Assembly (NCBI GenBank): GCA_040218355.1
Contig: JAVJRP010000014.1
Location: 80,831 to 144,830 of the forward strand
DNA length: 64,000 bases
Reading direction: 5' to 3'
From: Devosia sp.
GTDB taxonomy: Bacteria; Pseudomonadota; Alphaproteobacteria; Rhizobiales; Devosiaceae
This document shows positions 62,149-64,000 of the stretch, piece after piece (the first letter of the stretch is position 1; the number at the start of each line of letters is the position of its first letter). Position numbers and translations under genes: made by a program. Below the pieces are notes generated by a model. That model saw nothing but the letters and a program-made list of their open reading frames with translations, was not told the origin of the DNA and ran no database searches.

Positions 62149-62216
62149 GTCTTTCTATTTCCTGATATTTACTCTTCATATCGGCCCAACCGACCAAAGC
62201 TGTTGACTCTTGTGCT

Positions 62217-62242
62217 TAGTGTGCTACATATCTAGCACACTA
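62217..62242. promoter_or_regulatory. YtrA-type GntR operator overlapping promoter
   Basis: Perfect IR TAGTGTGCTA-N6-TAGCACACTA; TTGACT -35 at 62203-62208. Confidence 0.8.
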
Positions 62243-62256
62243 GATAGGCAAGACAC

Positions 62257-62628
62257 ATGGATGATTTTCACGCCAGCCAGCCGATCTTCGTACAGATCCG
62301 GCAGCGGCTGATCGAGATGATCCTCCGGCAACAGGTAGCGGAGGGCGATGCATTGCCCTCGGTGCGCCAGATTGCCGGCGATCTTTCGGTCAATCCGCTG
62401 ACGGTCACCAAGGCCTTCGAGGCCCTGGTCGATATCGGGGTGGTGGAGAAACGCAGGGGACTGGGCATGTTCGTTACCAGCGGCGCGCGGGCGCAATTGC
62501 TCGCTCATGAACGCGAGAAATTCCTCAAGGAAGACTGGCCGCGCATTGCGGCACAGATCAAGGCGCTCGATCTCGATCTCAAGGATCTGATCGCCACAGA
62601 CACCAAGCTCGAAGGGCAGAGCAAATGA
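62257..62628 (+). CDS. GntR regulator, YtrA subfamily
   Basis: PIFVQI, LPSVRQIA, VNPLTV, RRGLGMFV; 123 aa. Confidence 0.92.
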   Translation: MDDFHASQPIFVQIRQRLIEMILRQQVAEGDALPSVRQIAGDLSVNPLTVTKAFEALVDIGVVEKRRGLGMFVTSGARAQLLAHEREKFLKEDWPRIAAQIKALDLDLKDLIATDTKLEGQSK

Positions 62629-63524
62629 CTGAGCTTTCCATTTCCGCCGAACCCATCGTGTCCGCACGCGGGCTTTCCAAATCCTTCGGCCGCAAGAAAA
62701 TCCTGCATGATCTGGATTTCGACATTCCGGCCGGCCGCATCTATGGGCTGATCGGGCATAATGGCGCGGGCAAGACCACCACGCTCAATGCCCTGCTGGG
62801 CCTGACCTCCTATGAGGGCACCATCAGGGTGCTGGGTGAAGATCCCTTCGCCCGCCGCGCCAAGCTGATGGAAAACGTCGCCTTCATCTCCGATGTGGCA
62901 AGCCTGCCGCGCTTCCTGCGGGTGCGTGAGCTGTTTGCGCTGCTCACCAATATCCATCCCAATTTTTCCCCGGACAAGGCGCGGCAATTCCTCGAGGGCA
63001 CCGATATCCGGCCCGAAATGAAGATCCGCACCCTCTCCAAGGGCATGATCGCCCAGCTTCACCTGGCGGTGGTGATGGCGATCGATGCCAAGCTGCTGGT
63101 GCTGGACGAACCCACGCTCGGGCTCGACATCACCTATCGCAAGCGCTTCTACCGGCGGCTGCTGGAAGACTACATGACCGAGGAGCGCACGCTGATCATC
63201 ACCACCCACCAGGTGGACGAGATCGAGTTCATGCTCTCCGACATCATGTTCATCCGTGATGGGGAAATGATCCTCCACATGCAGATGGAAACGGTGAGCG
63301 AGAAATTCACCCAGCTGGTGGTCGACAGCGCTGAAGCGCAGGCCCAGGCCCGCGCACATGGCCCGGTCTATGAGGAAACGCGCTTCGGCCAGACCGTCTT
63401 CATCTACGACGGCGTCGAACGCGAAAAACTCGAACCTTTGGGCCGCATCTCGACACCCACCATTTCCGACCTCTTCGTGGCGCTGATGCAGCGGCCCACA
63501 GCCAATCCGGAGACCGCCCGATGA
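62625..63524 (+). CDS. ABC-2 ATP-binding protein
   Basis: GHNGAGKT, LSKGM, LDEPTLGLD. Confidence 0.93.
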   Translation: MTELSISAEPIVSARGLSKSFGRKKILHDLDFDIPAGRIYGLIGHNGAGKTTTLNALLGLTSYEGTIRVLGEDPFARRAKLMENVAFISDVASLPRFLRVRELFALLTNIHPNFSPDKARQFLEGTDIRPEMKIRTLSKGMIAQLHLAVVMAIDAKLLVLDEPTLGLDITYRKRFYRRLLEDYMTEERTLIITTHQVDEIEFMLSDIMFIRDGEMILHMQMETVSEKFTQLVVDSAEAQAQARAHGPVYEETRFGQTVFIYDGVEREKLEPLGRISTPTISDLFVALMQRPTANPETAR

Positions 63525-64000
63525 AGGCCTTCTTCGCCCTGATCCACCGCGAATTCATCGAGCATCGCGGAGCCTTTTTCATCGCGCCGCTGGTGCTGGT
63601 GGGGGTGGTCTTTGCCCTGACCCTCTTGGCGTTCAGTGTCGACCGGCTCGACACGCGCTTTTCCGGTCAATTGCTGACCGTGGTGCCCACCTGGGTGTTC
63701 GAGGCAGGCTTTGCCGGTCTGTCGGGCGCCTGGCTGGCCTATCTGGGGTTCGTGCTGTTCTTTTATTGCGCCGATGGCTTTGCCGCCGACAAGCGCAACA
63801 ATGCCATGCTGTTCTGGAAGTCGATGCCAGTCACCGACTTCAAGGTCCTGCTCAGCAAGATCACCGCCGCGCTGACCATCCTGCCCGGCGCCGTCTTTGT
63901 GGTGGCGCTGGTCAGCATCATGCTGATGTTTGGCGTCGCCTATGTCACCACCATGATCGCGGGCCTGGGCAATGCCGGGCTGTTCGGCGCCATTGTGGGG
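63521..64000 (+). CDS. ABC-2 permease (runs off window end)
   Basis: MKAFFALIHREFIEHR...DKRNNAMLFWKSMPV. Confidence 0.8.
   Translation, partial: MKAFFALIHREFIEHRGAFFIAPLVLVGVVFALTLLAFSVDRLDTRFSGQLLTVVPTWVFEAGFAGLSGAWLAYLGFVLFFYCADGFAADKRNNAMLFWKSMPVTDFKVLLSKITAALTILPGAVFVVALVSIMLMFGVAYVTTMIAGLGNAGLFGAIVG

Overview
GC-rich alphaproteobacterial chromosome segment (gene content suggests Hyphomicrobiales, probably Devosia-like; this is an inference). 1-24.8 kb is mixed core and stress-response DNA: an orphan TadG/TadE pair, FhuF-like reductase, rbfA-truB, three MFS paralogues with mmcB, LysR/DUF1127/two aldo-keto reductases, rlpA, peroxiredoxin, glutathione peroxidase, creA, a polar amino-acid ABC pair and two EcfG-type promoters. 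24.9-36.2 kb is a RutR/PydR-controlled reductive pyrimidine catabolism operon whose gene junctions carry inserted DNA. 36.2-41.1 kb holds a GGDEF protein, a GT-C-like membrane protein, msrA and tRNA-Ser(GGA). From 41.1 to about 55.3 kb is a decayed tRNA-integrated island (integrase N-terminal remnant, SDR-SDR-AraC, broken IS630, terB-terC, efflux ABC, tesA-ybbAP-like genes). The rest is MFS, a nonsense-interrupted TraR/DksA gene, USP-SulP, DUF3237 plus FAD monooxygenase and a YtrA-type GntR-ABC operon. The most striking observation is a DUF559 (Vsr-like) nuclease domain bracketed by ~50-bp hairpin-rich inverted repeats, with a near-identical empty copy of the same repeat pair 4 kb away. This is the pattern expected of an autonomous/non-autonomous mobile element pair, and it shows compensatory base changes and open reading frames running through both insertions. 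Second is an unannotated 24 aa - 298 aa - 24 aa membrane operon behind a general-stress promoter.
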